Assembly (NCBI GenBank): GCA_001004665.1
Contig: LCRO01000003.1
Span: 63,984 to 127,983, forward strand
DNA from: Candidatus Adlerbacteria bacterium GW2011_GWA1_54_10
GTDB lineage: Bacteria > Patescibacteriota > Minisyncoccia > Phycocordibacterales > SBAW01
DNA: 64,000 nucleotides
Reading direction: 5' to 3'
Part shown: piece after piece, positions 20,443-30,443 of the stretch
Numbering within the stretch: the first letter of the stretch is position 1
Layout of the letters: the number at the start of each line of letters is the position of its first letter
Notes under the pieces: generated by a model
What the model saw: only the letters and a program-made list of their open reading frames with translations
Database searches by the model: none
What the model was told of the DNA's origin: nothing
Made by a program: the position numbers and the translations under genes

Positions 20443-21004
20443 CTAGCGGGAGTTGAGGAGGTCGATCTGCTTTTGGATTTGGCCGGCGAGATCGGGGTTG
20501 CCAGCGGAAGTGGCGGCTAGTTTTGCCTTGCCGTACCACTCTACGGCCTGCGTCTTATCGCCCTTTTCCACATAGTAACCCGCGAGCGCGGTCATAAGGT
20601 CGATGCGGCCGTTGTCCGAAACTTTTTCTATACCCTCCTTCAGCACATCCGCCGCCAAAGTGCCGTCCTGCTTGTAGGAATATTTGTAGAGCTCGTGGAG
20701 TCCGGAGTAGTTCAGTGCGAATCCCGGATTCGCTTCTATCGCCTTGCGGTAATAGTTTTCCGATTGCGCATACTGCTTGAGATCGAGATGATAGGTACTG
20801 CCAAGGTTGTAATACGCCACCGGATGGCACGTTTTGCGTGAGTATCTGGCGCGCCTCTTGCGGAAAATCCGCAGGGAAATTCAGCTCCCTGTCGAGCGAC
20901 GGAGCCTTGGCCGGCCCGACGCGGAGCAACCCGCCAAACCACAAGCCCGCGGAGAATAAAACTATAACAGCGACACCGATACCAACCTTAAGTTGCGTAC
21001 TCAT
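20443..21004 (-). pseudogene. Membrane-anchored TPR protein, frame broken at ~20825 (likely artefact)
   Basis: N-part MSTQLKVGIGVAVIV (TM) and C-part AYYNLG...YYRKAIEANP (TPR) are in different frames. Confidence 0.7.
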
Positions 21005-21031
21005 GCCGAACAGTATATCGGAAGCGCCGAT

Positions 21032-22141
21032 TTATTGCATCCCGTTTACTATTGTGCGGGTCTTGGGGCCGAAGTAGCCGGCCGCCGGAGAGATATTATT
21101 AGTCTTTTGGAATTTGACGAGCGCGGCGCGAGTCAAGCCGCCGAATCTGCTTGTCTCGTTGCCGGACGAACCAGGGCCGCTCGCCGCCACCTCGTAGCCG
21201 TGAGTATTCAGGAACACCTGCAGGGCCTTGACGTCGTCGCCTGTCATTCCGATTTCCAGATCGCGAGTGAACGCTCCAAATACTACCGTCGCGCTGGGAG
21301 TGGTGGACGGTGCCGCGCTCGCGGCAGGGACCAAAACGTCGCCGTTAAGCGCCGCGCGCGTCTTGGGGCCAACGTAGCCGGTCTGCGATATGCCCATGCT
21401 CTTTTGATACGCCCGAACCGCCACGCGCGTGAGTCCGCCGAAATATCCCTTGGCAATGCCGGACGGTATCGTCAGAAATCCTTTATTCTCAAGAAATGTT
21501 TGCAGAGCCACAACGGCATCATTTTCCGCTCCGATTCCGAAATCCTCCGAAAACGCTATCCCCGCGGTTGCCGGTGCAGAAGTTTGCGTCGAAGTTTGCG
21601 TGCCTGTTTGCGTCGTCGCCGAGGTGGAAGGGGTTGTCTGCGTAGTGCTGGTGGTCGTGGTCGTAGTGCTTGTCGTAGTTTGCGTGGTTGCAATCGGACC
21701 GCCCCCGCCGCCGCCTCCACCGCCGCTGCTGCTACTGCTGCTGCCTCCGCCGCTTGGACCGGCGCTCGGACACGCGGTGGTATTTGGAGTTACGGTAACG
21801 GTTGTTGTGCCATCTACAGAAGAAATCGATGTGAGCGAGGTCCCTCCGCTCTCGCATGTCGTAGCGGCCGAGTAGCCGGAAGTGGTTGCCGTAGAAACGC
21901 CGGTCAGATATCCGTTTGCGCTCCGCGCATCAAACGAGGATGACGGCGCGACCGCGACGTTGAAACTGTTTGTATCAACTAGAAGAGACTCGACGGAAGA
22001 TGAGGCGACGGACGTGAACGAAACGCTGTTCGACGATATCGTAACGTCCGCGCCTATTGTCACGTCGTTATACGTCGCGAGCGCAACCGCCGGCAGAAGA
22101 AGCGCAATGGCTCCCAAGAGTATTCCCAGTATTTTTTTCAT
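21032..22141 (-). CDS. Secreted protein with two peptidoglycan-binding (PG_binding_1-like) domains
   Basis: Signal peptide, G/S/T linker, and two VxALQxFL...GYFGxxTRxA...GYxGPKTR repeats. Confidence 0.88.
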   Translation of the reverse strand: MKKILGILLGAIALLLPAVALATYNDVTIGADVTISSNSVSFTSVASSSVESLLVDTNSFNVAVAPSSSFDARSANGYLTGVSTATTSGYSAATTCESGGTSLTSISSVDGTTTVTVTPNTTACPSAGPSGGGSSSSSSGGGGGGGGGPIATTQTTTSTTTTTTSTTQTTPSTSATTQTGTQTSTQTSAPATAGIAFSEDFGIGAENDAVVALQTFLENKGFLTIPSGIAKGYFGGLTRVAVRAYQKSMGISQTGYVGPKTRAALNGDVLVPAASAAPSTTPSATVVFGAFTRDLEIGMTGDDVKALQVFLNTHGYEVAASGPGSSGNETSRFGGLTRAALVKFQKTNNISPAAGYFGPKTRTIVNGMQ

Positions 22142-22181
22142 ACGGTTGCCATAGTGAGCTTATAAATTAAGGACAAGCTCA

Positions 22182-22904
22182 CTATTTGCAGTCCCCAGCT
22201 TCTATGCGGAGAGTTGTGCCGTTGACGTATATTCTGGTAACTATTCCGGCGTCATTCTCAAGCTGGATACAGCCGCCCTTGGTATCGTGAGAAGACGTTA
22301 TCCAGAGCGTCGTCGTGCCGGGGCCGTCCACGATTGCCTCGGCGTGCGAGTACTGCGGCGTCGTCGAACCTACCGTAAGAAGACTCGCGACAGTTGTAGT
22401 GGCAAGCGTAGACGTTGCGGACGAGACCGAAAGTGTGGAGGTAAGTGCAACTGCCCCGTCAAAGTATGCCGCGCCGTCAACTTCCATAGCGCCCTCGACA
22501 CCGAGTTCGTCGGCGCCAACCGCGCCGATGTTGCCGAAGGTCGTGCCAGTGCCGACGCGCACCTGCGTAAAGTAGCCGGTTGCGGTAATTGAATCTGTAA
22601 CCTCATCGCCCAAAGTCGAGTTGCCGTTAACGGTAAGAGCCCCCTCCGTGGCAATAGCGCCGGTTGCGGCTGTTGTCGTTGCAAAGCCGTTGACCATGAA
22701 GTTGCCTGTCATAGAGGCGATGGTCGAAGAAGCGGTTGTTAGCGACGAGTGGCCTGAAACCGTGAGTGTGCCTGCGGTGTCTATATTAGCGTTAATGGTG
22801 GTTGCGGCGCCTACGATAGTGGCACCAAGAGCGACCGCGCCAAGGACCGAGAGTCCGACCAAAGCGGCGGAACGGGTCTTGCCGCGAATAAACGAGCTTT
22901 TCAT
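22182..22904 (-). CDS. Secreted beta-rich (fibre-like) surface protein
   Basis: Signal/TM segment then Thr/Gly-rich LTVxG repeats and C-terminal GGCIQL...GDC. Confidence 0.7.
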   Translation of the reverse strand: MKSSFIRGKTRSAALVGLSVLGAVALGATIVGAATTINANIDTAGTLTVSGHSSLTTASSTIASMTGNFMVNGFATTTAATGAIATEGALTVNGNSTLGDEVTDSITATGYFTQVRVGTGTTFGNIGAVGADELGVEGAMEVDGAAYFDGAVALTSTLSVSSATSTLATTTVASLLTVGSTTPQYSHAEAIVDGPGTTTLWITSSHDTKGGCIQLENDAGIVTRIYVNGTTLRIEAGDCK

Positions 22905-23006
22905 ATTGACATTAAAATAAAATAATAAGTGCACCAATTGAGCGCACAAAAAACGTCTTTCTATTATAGACCCAAAATAAAGGCATCCTGTGGAACTGTG
23001 GATAAC

Positions 23007-23041
23007 GCAAAAACCCCTCCGTCTTTCGGAGGGGTTTTTGC
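23007..23041. terminator. Rho-independent terminator
   Basis: GCAAAAACCCCTCCG-TCTTT-CGGAGGGGTTTTTGC downstream of the large surface protein gene. Confidence 0.8.
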
Positions 23042-23081
23042 TTGTGCGTTAGCCAGGAGTTCCTAGCCAGCTTGTGTTTGG

Positions 23082-26000
23082 TTACTTCGAGAGCGTCTGG
23101 CCCGAGAGACCGGCGGACGGAAGGCCGGATATGCCATAGCCGTTCGTCCAGTCAAGATTGTGAGCCGTGGACGTAGTTGTGGCGTTCGGCGACCAGATGA
23201 AGTCGTCATTCCCGCCGCCGTTGCCGTCCACCGTAGCGGCCTTGGCTGTAAGCGGACCGCCTAGATGCGGATATGCCGCATCGCCGACGAGTTTCGTCGT
23301 AAGCGAGCCACTGAATGTGCCTGTGCCGGCAGTAAGTGCAACATCGAGCACTACCTTGAAGTAGTACGTCGAGCCCGCCGGGACCTGCAGGACCGACGAG
23401 AGAACCGCGCTGTTATCGCCCGCGATTATCTGGCCGTCGGTGCCGTCGAAGACGAGACCGTCGGTGTAGCCCGATACCGCCTGGCTCATCGCCGAGTCGG
23501 TGTAGGCGTAGATGTCGAGGTTCTCTACCGACGTAGTGCCGGTAACTGCGCTGTTGGCGCTGGTAGCCACATTAACGGTGAACTTGTAGAGCCCGATACC
23601 GTTCGGATTGCCAGTGTTGCTTGCAGTGACGCTGAAGCAGTGTACCGCTTGGGCCGTGCCGGTTATGAGCGTGCCAAGGCTAGAACACGCGCCACTGCTG
23701 TACTGAGCGACGGTCGGAACATCGCGGAATATGCGGATGCCCGCGCCGTCGGTGTCAGTGGCCGACCCTTGGTTTATGGTCGTGCCCGACGCCTGGCCGA
23801 TAGAGCGAGTGCCGGTCGTGTCATTGCCGTCGTACTCGACCTCAAGCAGGAGGCCGTTGGTCGTGGTTGCCTGTCCGGTGCCGATGCCCGCAAGATCGCC
23901 TTTGACTGTGATGACCTTGTAGCCGTTGGCCGGAATGGTAACCGTGCCACAACCGGTGCAGGTGCCTATCGTCGAGGTCGCGTAGCGGCTGGTGAAGATC
24001 GCTTCGCCCACCTTTGTTGCGCCGTCCCACAGCGTTACTTTGTTGATGTTGGACGGAGTCGATGTCGAGGCGCCGTTAGCCATCTCGAGGGCCACGCGGT
24101 CGAGTTTCTGGTCCTCGTTGGTGCCGTCGAAACGGATTATGTTGAGCAATGAGTTGCTCACGCCCGCGACAGCTATTGTGTAGGACGGAGCCGATGCGTC
24201 GCGGCTGACCGTGAGCGCGCCGGAACCCGCTATCGTCATCGTGTTGCCTCCGGTCGTGATGGAAGCGGCGATAGAACTGCCGGAGCCAATGCCCGTGCCC
24301 GAGATCGTGTCGCCGTCGGTAACGCCCCATGCGAACGTGTCGGAGGCCGTAGCGCTGCCCGGAATATCACATTTGATGGCGACCGTCTTGGTTGTGCCTT
24401 TTGGCACCACAAGCGCGGTATCGAATGTGAAGGTATGCGCCGCCGTAGAGGACGGGTTGACCGAAGTGTCATTGAGCCGCTGTGAGCCGTCGTAGGCCAC
24501 GCAGTTGCTGACGTCGGTTGTCATACCGTCTGTATAGCGGAACTGCGCGCTGTTGAAGCGCACATCCTCGCCGGACTGACCGGCGTCGAAGATTATGTTC
24601 GCCGCGGTGAAGCCGATTACGCCCGCGACCACGTTTTGCGCGGCCGGAGTGCCGGATACCGATGCCGTCACGCTGCCGGTCTTGACCGTCATCGTGTTCA
24701 TCGAGAAGTTCCCCTGCGTAATGCTGATGGTGTTGCCGGTGATGGCCCCCGTGCGGCCCGACCAGCCGGACGGCGTCGTCGAGGCGCTTACCGTTTGGTT
24801 GTTGGAGACCGTCGAAGGGAGCTTGCCCTTGAGCGAGAATACGTGCCTGCCGGTTGGGAAGGTCACCGAGTCGCTGAAGGTCGCGACTTGGAGTCCGCCC
24901 GAAGCAGAAGCGTCAACCGGGCCCGCAACTATTTTGCCGTTCTCATCGACGATGCTGATGCTCGTCAAGAGCTCGGAAGCGTTGCTGTCGGCGTTCGTTC
25001 CATAAGAGATGTTGAATATCATCTGCGTCATGGTAACGCCCTCGCCCTTGAAGTCTGTCACGAAACCGCCAAGAGGCTGGTTAGCGACCTGCACGGCGAT
25101 GTTCTGCGCCGGAACTTCAGCCGCTTTGCCGATGAGGTTCACCGTCGCGGCGTTGATGGTCGTTACATAGCCAGAAGTCCACGGGGTCGAGGTCGAGTGC
25201 GACATGCCGATGCCGAATCCATAGGTCTGTCCCACGAAGTAGATGTCGGTAGACTTGTCGATGTCGAAGTCGACTGTGCGGCTTGCGGAGTTCGCGCCGA
25301 CGATGTCGCCGCGGACGTGTATGTCTATCGTATTGCCCTTGGGGATCGAGATTCCGCCTGGGAATACGCTCGTGTAGTACTTGCCGGAGCTGTCAACGGT
25401 GGTCGGGTAGACCGTGCCGTCTATGAGCGTCTGAACGTTGGCCAAGTCGGAAGGACCGACCGTGCCTACCTGGCGCCACCTTAGGCTGTGGAGCTTGAGG
25501 TCCTCCGCCGAGCCTGCGGTGAAGCGCTGGCCGGTAAAGCGGACCGCCGTATCGCCGAGGTTTTTGGTCTGGGCCGCCGCCGGGTCGAAGGCGCTCGTGG
25601 TGGTCGAGATCGTGCCTATCGAGAGCGTTTCGTTGACGGTGTGGCTGGCTCCTGTGATTGGGAGAGAGCCGGATACCGCCGCCGAGGTGTTTACTGCCAC
25701 GACCGCGAGGCTTGCGACCTCGCCCGCGTGGCTGTTGGTGTCGGCTCGGTTGCCCGCGACCGTGAAGGTTTTGGACGTGCCCCTCGGGATAACAACCGTG
25801 TCGCCGATAGTGGCTTGATGGTTGCTGTTGAGAGTGCGCGCGATGCCGACTTGCGCCCCTGTCGAGGCGTCAAGCAATACAACACCGGCGAAAATCGCAT
25901 CATTTGCAGCGCCTTGGCGTTCCACCGTGATGCTGTTTATCGTCACGTCGCCGTCATTGCCCGCGGTGAGCGTGAAGTTGGTGAACGGAATGCGGTTCGC

Positions 26001-26591
26001 GTTGTCGGGAGCAAGGCCGTTCATAGGCTGGATTGCCGCCGAGACGGAAACGCCCGTGCCCGGAGTCGGAGTCGGTGTCGGTGTGGGGCTAGGGGTCGTG
26101 CCGCAGACCGCCGCGATAGCCGCGCGAGTGATAGGGCCAACGTAGCCTGCTACAGGCGCAACGTTATTTGCCGCCTGGAACTTCATGGCCGCCGCCTTCG
26201 TAATGGGCCCGAAGTAGATGCTTTCATTTCCAGGGGAACCAGCACCAGTAACGGCGAGCTGGGTCGAAGCACTTCCGTTAAGGAAGACCTGCAAGGCCTT
26301 CACATCGGCACCGCTCGAACCTTGCTGGAGGTCCCGAGAGAGCGCGGGGCATGCGCCGGCAGAGCCGCCGGTGCCCGGAGTCGCCTGGCCTTGGAGAGCC
26401 GCGGTGACGTTAGCTATCGTTGCCGAGTCCGCACCAAACGATGCGAGCAGGGAAACGATCGACTGGATCTGCGCCTGTGTGAGCGCCGCCGCTTGCGCGG
26501 GAGCGATAGCGACCGCGCCCATAAGCGCGAGCGCGACCGCGACGCCGGTCGCGAGCGCAACCAGTCTGGTCGAACTGTTGGTAATAGTCAT
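23082..26591 (-). CDS. Large S-layer-like surface protein with N-terminal peptidoglycan-binding domain
   Basis: Signal peptide, LSRDLQQGSSGADVKALQVFLN...YFGPITKAA, then ~1000 aa of Thr/Gly/Ser beta-rich repeats. Confidence 0.85.
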   Translation of the reverse strand: MTITNSSTRLVALATGVAVALALMGAVAIAPAQAAALTQAQIQSIVSLLASFGADSATIANVTAALQGQATPGTGGSAGACPALSRDLQQGSSGADVKALQVFLNGSASTQLAVTGAGSPGNESIYFGPITKAAAMKFQAANNVAPVAGYVGPITRAAIAAVCGTTPSPTPTPTPTPGTGVSVSAAIQPMNGLAPDNANRIPFTNFTLTAGNDGDVTINSITVERQGAANDAIFAGVVLLDASTGAQVGIARTLNSNHQATIGDTVVIPRGTSKTFTVAGNRADTNSHAGEVASLAVVAVNTSAAVSGSLPITGASHTVNETLSIGTISTTTSAFDPAAAQTKNLGDTAVRFTGQRFTAGSAEDLKLHSLRWRQVGTVGPSDLANVQTLIDGTVYPTTVDSSGKYYTSVFPGGISIPKGNTIDIHVRGDIVGANSASRTVDFDIDKSTDIYFVGQTYGFGIGMSHSTSTPWTSGYVTTINAATVNLIGKAAEVPAQNIAVQVANQPLGGFVTDFKGEGVTMTQMIFNISYGTNADSNASELLTSISIVDENGKIVAGPVDASASGGLQVATFSDSVTFPTGRHVFSLKGKLPSTVSNNQTVSASTTPSGWSGRTGAITGNTISITQGNFSMNTMTVKTGSVTASVSGTPAAQNVVAGVIGFTAANIIFDAGQSGEDVRFNSAQFRYTDGMTTDVSNCVAYDGSQRLNDTSVNPSSTAAHTFTFDTALVVPKGTTKTVAIKCDIPGSATASDTFAWGVTDGDTISGTGIGSGSSIAASITTGGNTMTIAGSGALTVSRDASAPSYTIAVAGVSNSLLNIIRFDGTNEDQKLDRVALEMANGASTSTPSNINKVTLWDGATKVGEAIFTSRYATSTIGTCTGCGTVTIPANGYKVITVKGDLAGIGTGQATTTNGLLLEVEYDGNDTTGTRSIGQASGTTINQGSATDTDGAGIRIFRDVPTVAQYSSGACSSLGTLITGTAQAVHCFSVTASNTGNPNGIGLYKFTVNVATSANSAVTGTTSVENLDIYAYTDSAMSQAVSGYTDGLVFDGTDGQIIAGDNSAVLSSVLQVPAGSTYYFKVVLDVALTAGTGTFSGSLTTKLVGDAAYPHLGGPLTAKAATVDGNGGGNDDFIWSPNATTTSTAHNLDWTNGYGISGLPSAGLSGQTLSK

Positions 26592-27070
26592 AACCAATAA
26601 ATAAGTCGAACAAATTAACTTACTGGTAAACAATTGTTAATCGCACTTCGCACGGTACGGGAACGTAGAACATGTTCTACCTCAAACCAAGTACTAGCCC
26701 ACTATGGGATTAGCCATTGGTAAGTTTGGTAGCCAAGTAGATGACGGACATACAGCCATTGTCTTTCCATGAAGGGACAAGGAGTTTCAGGGTATGAAAT
26801 TTTCAATGACCAATCAAAACAGACTCTGCGACCGTGCAGGGGCTAGGGGTTATTATAAGCCCCGAAAGATGCCCGCAAAAAAGTCCTGTGGACAACCCTC
26901 CTTCGCCAAAGGCTACGGACGGGCAAGCAAAATAGCCCTATAAATTAGGGGCTCCTTTTGTTAGTTCCACATGAAATGAAGATATACCAAGAGGGGCGAT
27001 GGGTCAATTTGACAAAATATTTAAAAATGCTGAAGTATCATGCCGGCACCGGGCGTTGCCATTTTTGAGC

Positions 27071-27748
27071 CTATGCCGGCTCGTAATGGCTCCAACGGCG
27101 CTCCCCCACTCTTTTTACAAGACCCTGCTCTATAAGTATCCCAAGCTCGCGCTGGATCGTTTTTTCACTGCAGTCTTTTACAATTGACATGATGTCTTTA
27201 ATTGATGGACTTTTTTGTTTTTTTATAAAATCCAGTATTAAGGACATTCTGTCCTTTTGTCCTTTATATTGTCCTTTATGTCCTTTATGAAAAGGCTCGT
27301 CCTTTATAGTATCCGAGAGGGCCGGCAGTCGCTCGGGCTCCCCTGGCAGGGAGATGGCAAACTCCTCGGTTCCGAACGGCGAGGGATGGCTTCCCTCGAC
27401 CAGCTTCTCCGCCAATTGTTCATACTCGCGGCACAACACAGTGGCATTTTCCTGTGACAATGCTTCGTTTGTCGCCGCCAGTCGCGTGCCCGCAAGCAGA
27501 GCAAAAACGTCCGCGAGGGCCGCTTCGGCATCAAGCTCGCCCGCCGCAAGGCGCGCAACGGTACCGGGCAATTGCGCCGCAATATGGGCCAAATCCTCAA
27601 GGACATTGCCGGGGGACGTTCGCGCCAGAAGCATAAATACATGCGCGATGCGCTCTGATTTTAGGAAGCAAAAATACCAGTCGTGCCGTCCTTTAAAAAG
27701 GATTGATTTTAAGGCAAATTCATGAAATTTTTTATGTTTGTCCGGCAT
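27071..27748 (-). CDS. Helical protein with C-terminal winged-helix (DeoR-like HTH) domain
   Basis: ILDFIKKQKSPSIKDI...CSEKTIQRELGILIEQGLVKRVGERRWSHY. Confidence 0.8.
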   Translation of the reverse strand: MPDKHKKFHEFALKSILFKGRHDWYFCFLKSERIAHVFMLLARTSPGNVLEDLAHIAAQLPGTVARLAAGELDAEAALADVFALLAGTRLAATNEALSQENATVLCREYEQLAEKLVEGSHPSPFGTEEFAISLPGEPERLPALSDTIKDEPFHKGHKGQYKGQKDRMSLILDFIKKQKSPSIKDIMSIVKDCSEKTIQRELGILIEQGLVKRVGERRWSHYEPA

Positions 27749-27899
27749 GGATGTCTTTTATCTGTCCTTTAGAATGTCTTTTATATAAAAGACACTTCAA
27801 GGACATTTTGTGTCCTTGAAGTATATACCTATAGGGAAAAGCTGCAAATATTTTTTGCGTGGTATTATTTTTTAATGGCGCGGAAAAACAGGAAGGACA
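27193..27899. repeat. Array of ~14 TGTCYTT/AARGACA heptamers in two clusters
   Basis: Copies at 27193, 27240, 27250, 27258, 27270, 27279, 27599, 27752, 27763, 27775, 27788, 27799, 27811 and 27893. Confidence 0.85.
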
Positions 27900-30064
27900 T
27901 CGCGGCGCTAAATCCGTTAAAAAATATTCCCGAACACACAAAGAAGGCGATCGCAGTTGTGATACTCGTCGTGCTGGGGCTTTTTCTTACTCTTGCGTCC
28001 TTCGATGCGGCGGGCATCGCAGGAAGCGACGCGTACACCCTCTTCGCCTCCCTGCTCGGGGTTGGATACTTCCTTTTGCCGGTCCTGTTTTTTGTTCTTG
28101 CCGCTGCGACGCTTAAAGAAGAGAGGCCGGGATTCTCATTTTTAAAATTATTCGCGAGCGCACTCTTTCTGATTGCCGGGCTTGGATTCGTCGAAGCCGT
28201 GAGCAAAAACGGCGGACTCGTCGGCAGGGCCATAGCAGGGCCCGCGATTTTGTACTTTGATATTTATGCGGCGCTGATAGTGCTCGGCGGACTGCTTATA
28301 GTCGCAATCCTGCTCCTTCTTGAAAGTCGGATCACTCTTGAGCCGCTTGCGAGCTTGTGGAATTTTTTGCGAAAAACGTGGAATGTTTTAACGCACCGGG
28401 AGCAGCCCGCGGCCGGACTTGCGCCGGATGATCAATTGCCTGAAGCGGAGATTGAAGTGACCGAGGATGAGGAAATAATAATAGCGGAGCCGCGGGAGAC
28501 GCCGACCCCGAGGCAGAAATCCGCATTCAGCCTCAAGTCCCTGCTAGACACTTACGTCCCGCCGCCCTTATCGCTGCTCGAGAGGGACCGCGGAAGGCCC
28601 GGCGTCGGCGACATTAAGTCCAATGCCAACATAATAAAGCGCACTCTGCAGAACTTCGGCATTCAGATAGAGCTTGATGAAATTTCGATAGGCCCAAGCG
28701 TCACGCGCTACGCCATCAAGCCCGCCGAGGGCGTGCGCCTGCAGAAAATAGTCTCGCTCCAAAACAATCTGGAGCTCGCTCTGGCCGCGCATCCTGTGCG
28801 CATAGAGGCTCCCATACCCGGCAAGTCGCTGGTCGGCATCGAGGTACCTAATTCCGCCAAAGTTACCGTCGGACTCGGCACACTGCTCGAGTCGCCGCAA
28901 TTCGCGCAGTCGCAAAAGCCGCTTCTTGTCGCGCTCGGGCGCGACATCGCGGGAGGGTCGCACTTCGGCAATCTCGCGCGTATGCCGCACCTTCTTATCG
29001 CGGGCGCCACCGGGTCGGGAAAATCCGTGGCGATACACGGGATAATAAACTCGCTGCTTTACCGCTGCGGCCCCGCGCAATTGCGCATTATCATGATAGA
29101 CCCCAAGCGCGTGGAGCTTACGCTTTATCGCTCTCTTCCCCACCTCCTTACTCCCGTAATAACCGACGCCAAGCGCGCCATCATGGCCCTGCGCTGGGCG
29201 GGAAGGGAGATGGAGAGGCGCTATGTAATCTTAGAGGAGACGCGCGTACGCGATGTCGAGTCGTACCACCAAAATATTCTCGCGCCCGCGGTCGCCAAAG
29301 CAAAGGCCGGTAAAGCGGCGAGCGAAGAAGAAATACCGGAGGCCATGCCCTATATCATCATCGCGATCGACGAACTTGCTGATATCATGCAGACTTACCC
29401 GCGAGAACTCGAGGGGGCTGTGGTGCGACTGGCGCAAATGAGCCGCGCGGTCGGGATACACCTGCTTCTCTCGACCCAGCGCCCTTCGGTCAACGTCATC
29501 ACGGGACTCATCAAAGCGAACATTCCGGCGCGCATCGCGCTCCAGGTCGCATCGCAGTTCGACTCGCGCACGATACTCGACCAGGGTGGCGCGGAGAATC
29601 TACTTGGCAGCGGTGACATGCTCTATCTGGGAGCCGAGATGCAGAAACCCGTGCGCTTGCAGAACGCGTTCATCTCGGAAAAAGAAGTGAAGTCGGTCGT
29701 TGATTTTATAGCGAAGAATAACGAGGCCGAGGTGCCCGTAGAAATAGGCGCGCCTGGACAAAGCGGCGAGGCTAGGGCGCCTGCCCTCCACAGTCTCGAC
29801 GAAGGAGGCTTCGAAGAAGAAATAGACGACGAGTTGTACGAGGCCGCGCGCGCGGCCGTCGTGGAGGCCGGCAAGGCCAGCACATCTTATCTCCAGCGCA
29901 AACTTCGCATAGGCTACGCGCGCGCGGCGCGGATCGTAGACCTCCTCGAGGAGCGCGGGATTGTCGGTCCCGGCGAGGGGGCGAAGCCGAGAGAAATATT
30001 GGAGAGATCAACAGGCGCGACCGATACGGAAACCGCGAAGCAAGAGTTCCTCGCGGAGGAGTAG
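27875..30064 (+). CDS. ftsK: DNA translocase FtsK
   Basis: 4-TM N-terminus, PHLLIAGATGSGKS, IDELAD and gamma domain STSYLQRKLRIGYARAAR. Confidence 0.97.
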   Translation: MARKNRKDIAALNPLKNIPEHTKKAIAVVILVVLGLFLTLASFDAAGIAGSDAYTLFASLLGVGYFLLPVLFFVLAAATLKEERPGFSFLKLFASALFLIAGLGFVEAVSKNGGLVGRAIAGPAILYFDIYAALIVLGGLLIVAILLLLESRITLEPLASLWNFLRKTWNVLTHREQPAAGLAPDDQLPEAEIEVTEDEEIIIAEPRETPTPRQKSAFSLKSLLDTYVPPPLSLLERDRGRPGVGDIKSNANIIKRTLQNFGIQIELDEISIGPSVTRYAIKPAEGVRLQKIVSLQNNLELALAAHPVRIEAPIPGKSLVGIEVPNSAKVTVGLGTLLESPQFAQSQKPLLVALGRDIAGGSHFGNLARMPHLLIAGATGSGKSVAIHGIINSLLYRCGPAQLRIIMIDPKRVELTLYRSLPHLLTPVITDAKRAIMALRWAGREMERRYVILEETRVRDVESYHQNILAPAVAKAKAGKAASEEEIPEAMPYIIIAIDELADIMQTYPRELEGAVVRLAQMSRAVGIHLLLSTQRPSVNVITGLIKANIPARIALQVASQFDSRTILDQGGAENLLGSGDMLYLGAEMQKPVRLQNAFISEKEVKSVVDFIAKNNEAEVPVEIGAPGQSGEARAPALHSLDEGGFEEEIDDELYEAARAAVVEAGKASTSYLQRKLRIGYARAARIVDLLEERGIVGPGEGAKPREILERSTGATDTETAKQEFLAEE

Positions 30065-30071
30065 GGGTTGC

Positions 30072-30443
30072 ATGAAAAAAATAATCATTTTAGTTATTGT
30101 CCTAGTCGTACTATCGTACAGTCTGTTTGAAGCGCGAAAATTGATCGCGGGCCCGCGCATAACGATAGAATCTCCATCAAACGGCACAGCCACTTCGACC
30201 GACCTGGTGCTGGTAAAAGGAGTGGCGGAGAATATAGACTTTTTGACTATAAACGATTCGCCAGCCTATACCGACGAGGAGGGCCGATTTACGTACCGCT
30301 ATTCCCCGCCAGCGGGGTATACTGTGATAGTGGTCGCCGCGGCGGACCGCTTTGGCCGCCGCGCTTCGAGATCGGTCGTCATTACCGTCGTTAACTATTG
30401 CCCGGTCAAAGACCTGACTTTGGCCAAGCAAAAAAATGTTTAA
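30072..30443 (+). CDS. Small membrane-anchored Ig-like protein
   Basis: [13 protein letters not shown] followed by GPRITIESP...ADRFGR. Confidence 0.7.
   Translation: MKKIIILVIVLVVLSYSLFEARKLIAGPRITIESPSNGTATSTDLVLVKGVAENIDFLTINDSPAYTDEEGRFTYRYSPPAGYTVIVVAAADRFGRRASRSVVITVVNYCPVKDLTLAKQKNV

Noticed and set aside
21580-21760. Low-complexity repeats (also 17460-17760)
   Set aside because: They encode ordinary Gly/Ser/Thr/Pro linkers of surface proteins.
23167-26613. Many long + strand ORFs opposite the S-layer-like gene, and similar antisense ORFs elsewhere
   Set aside because: Shadow ORFs caused by GC-rich codon bias, with no recognisable motifs.
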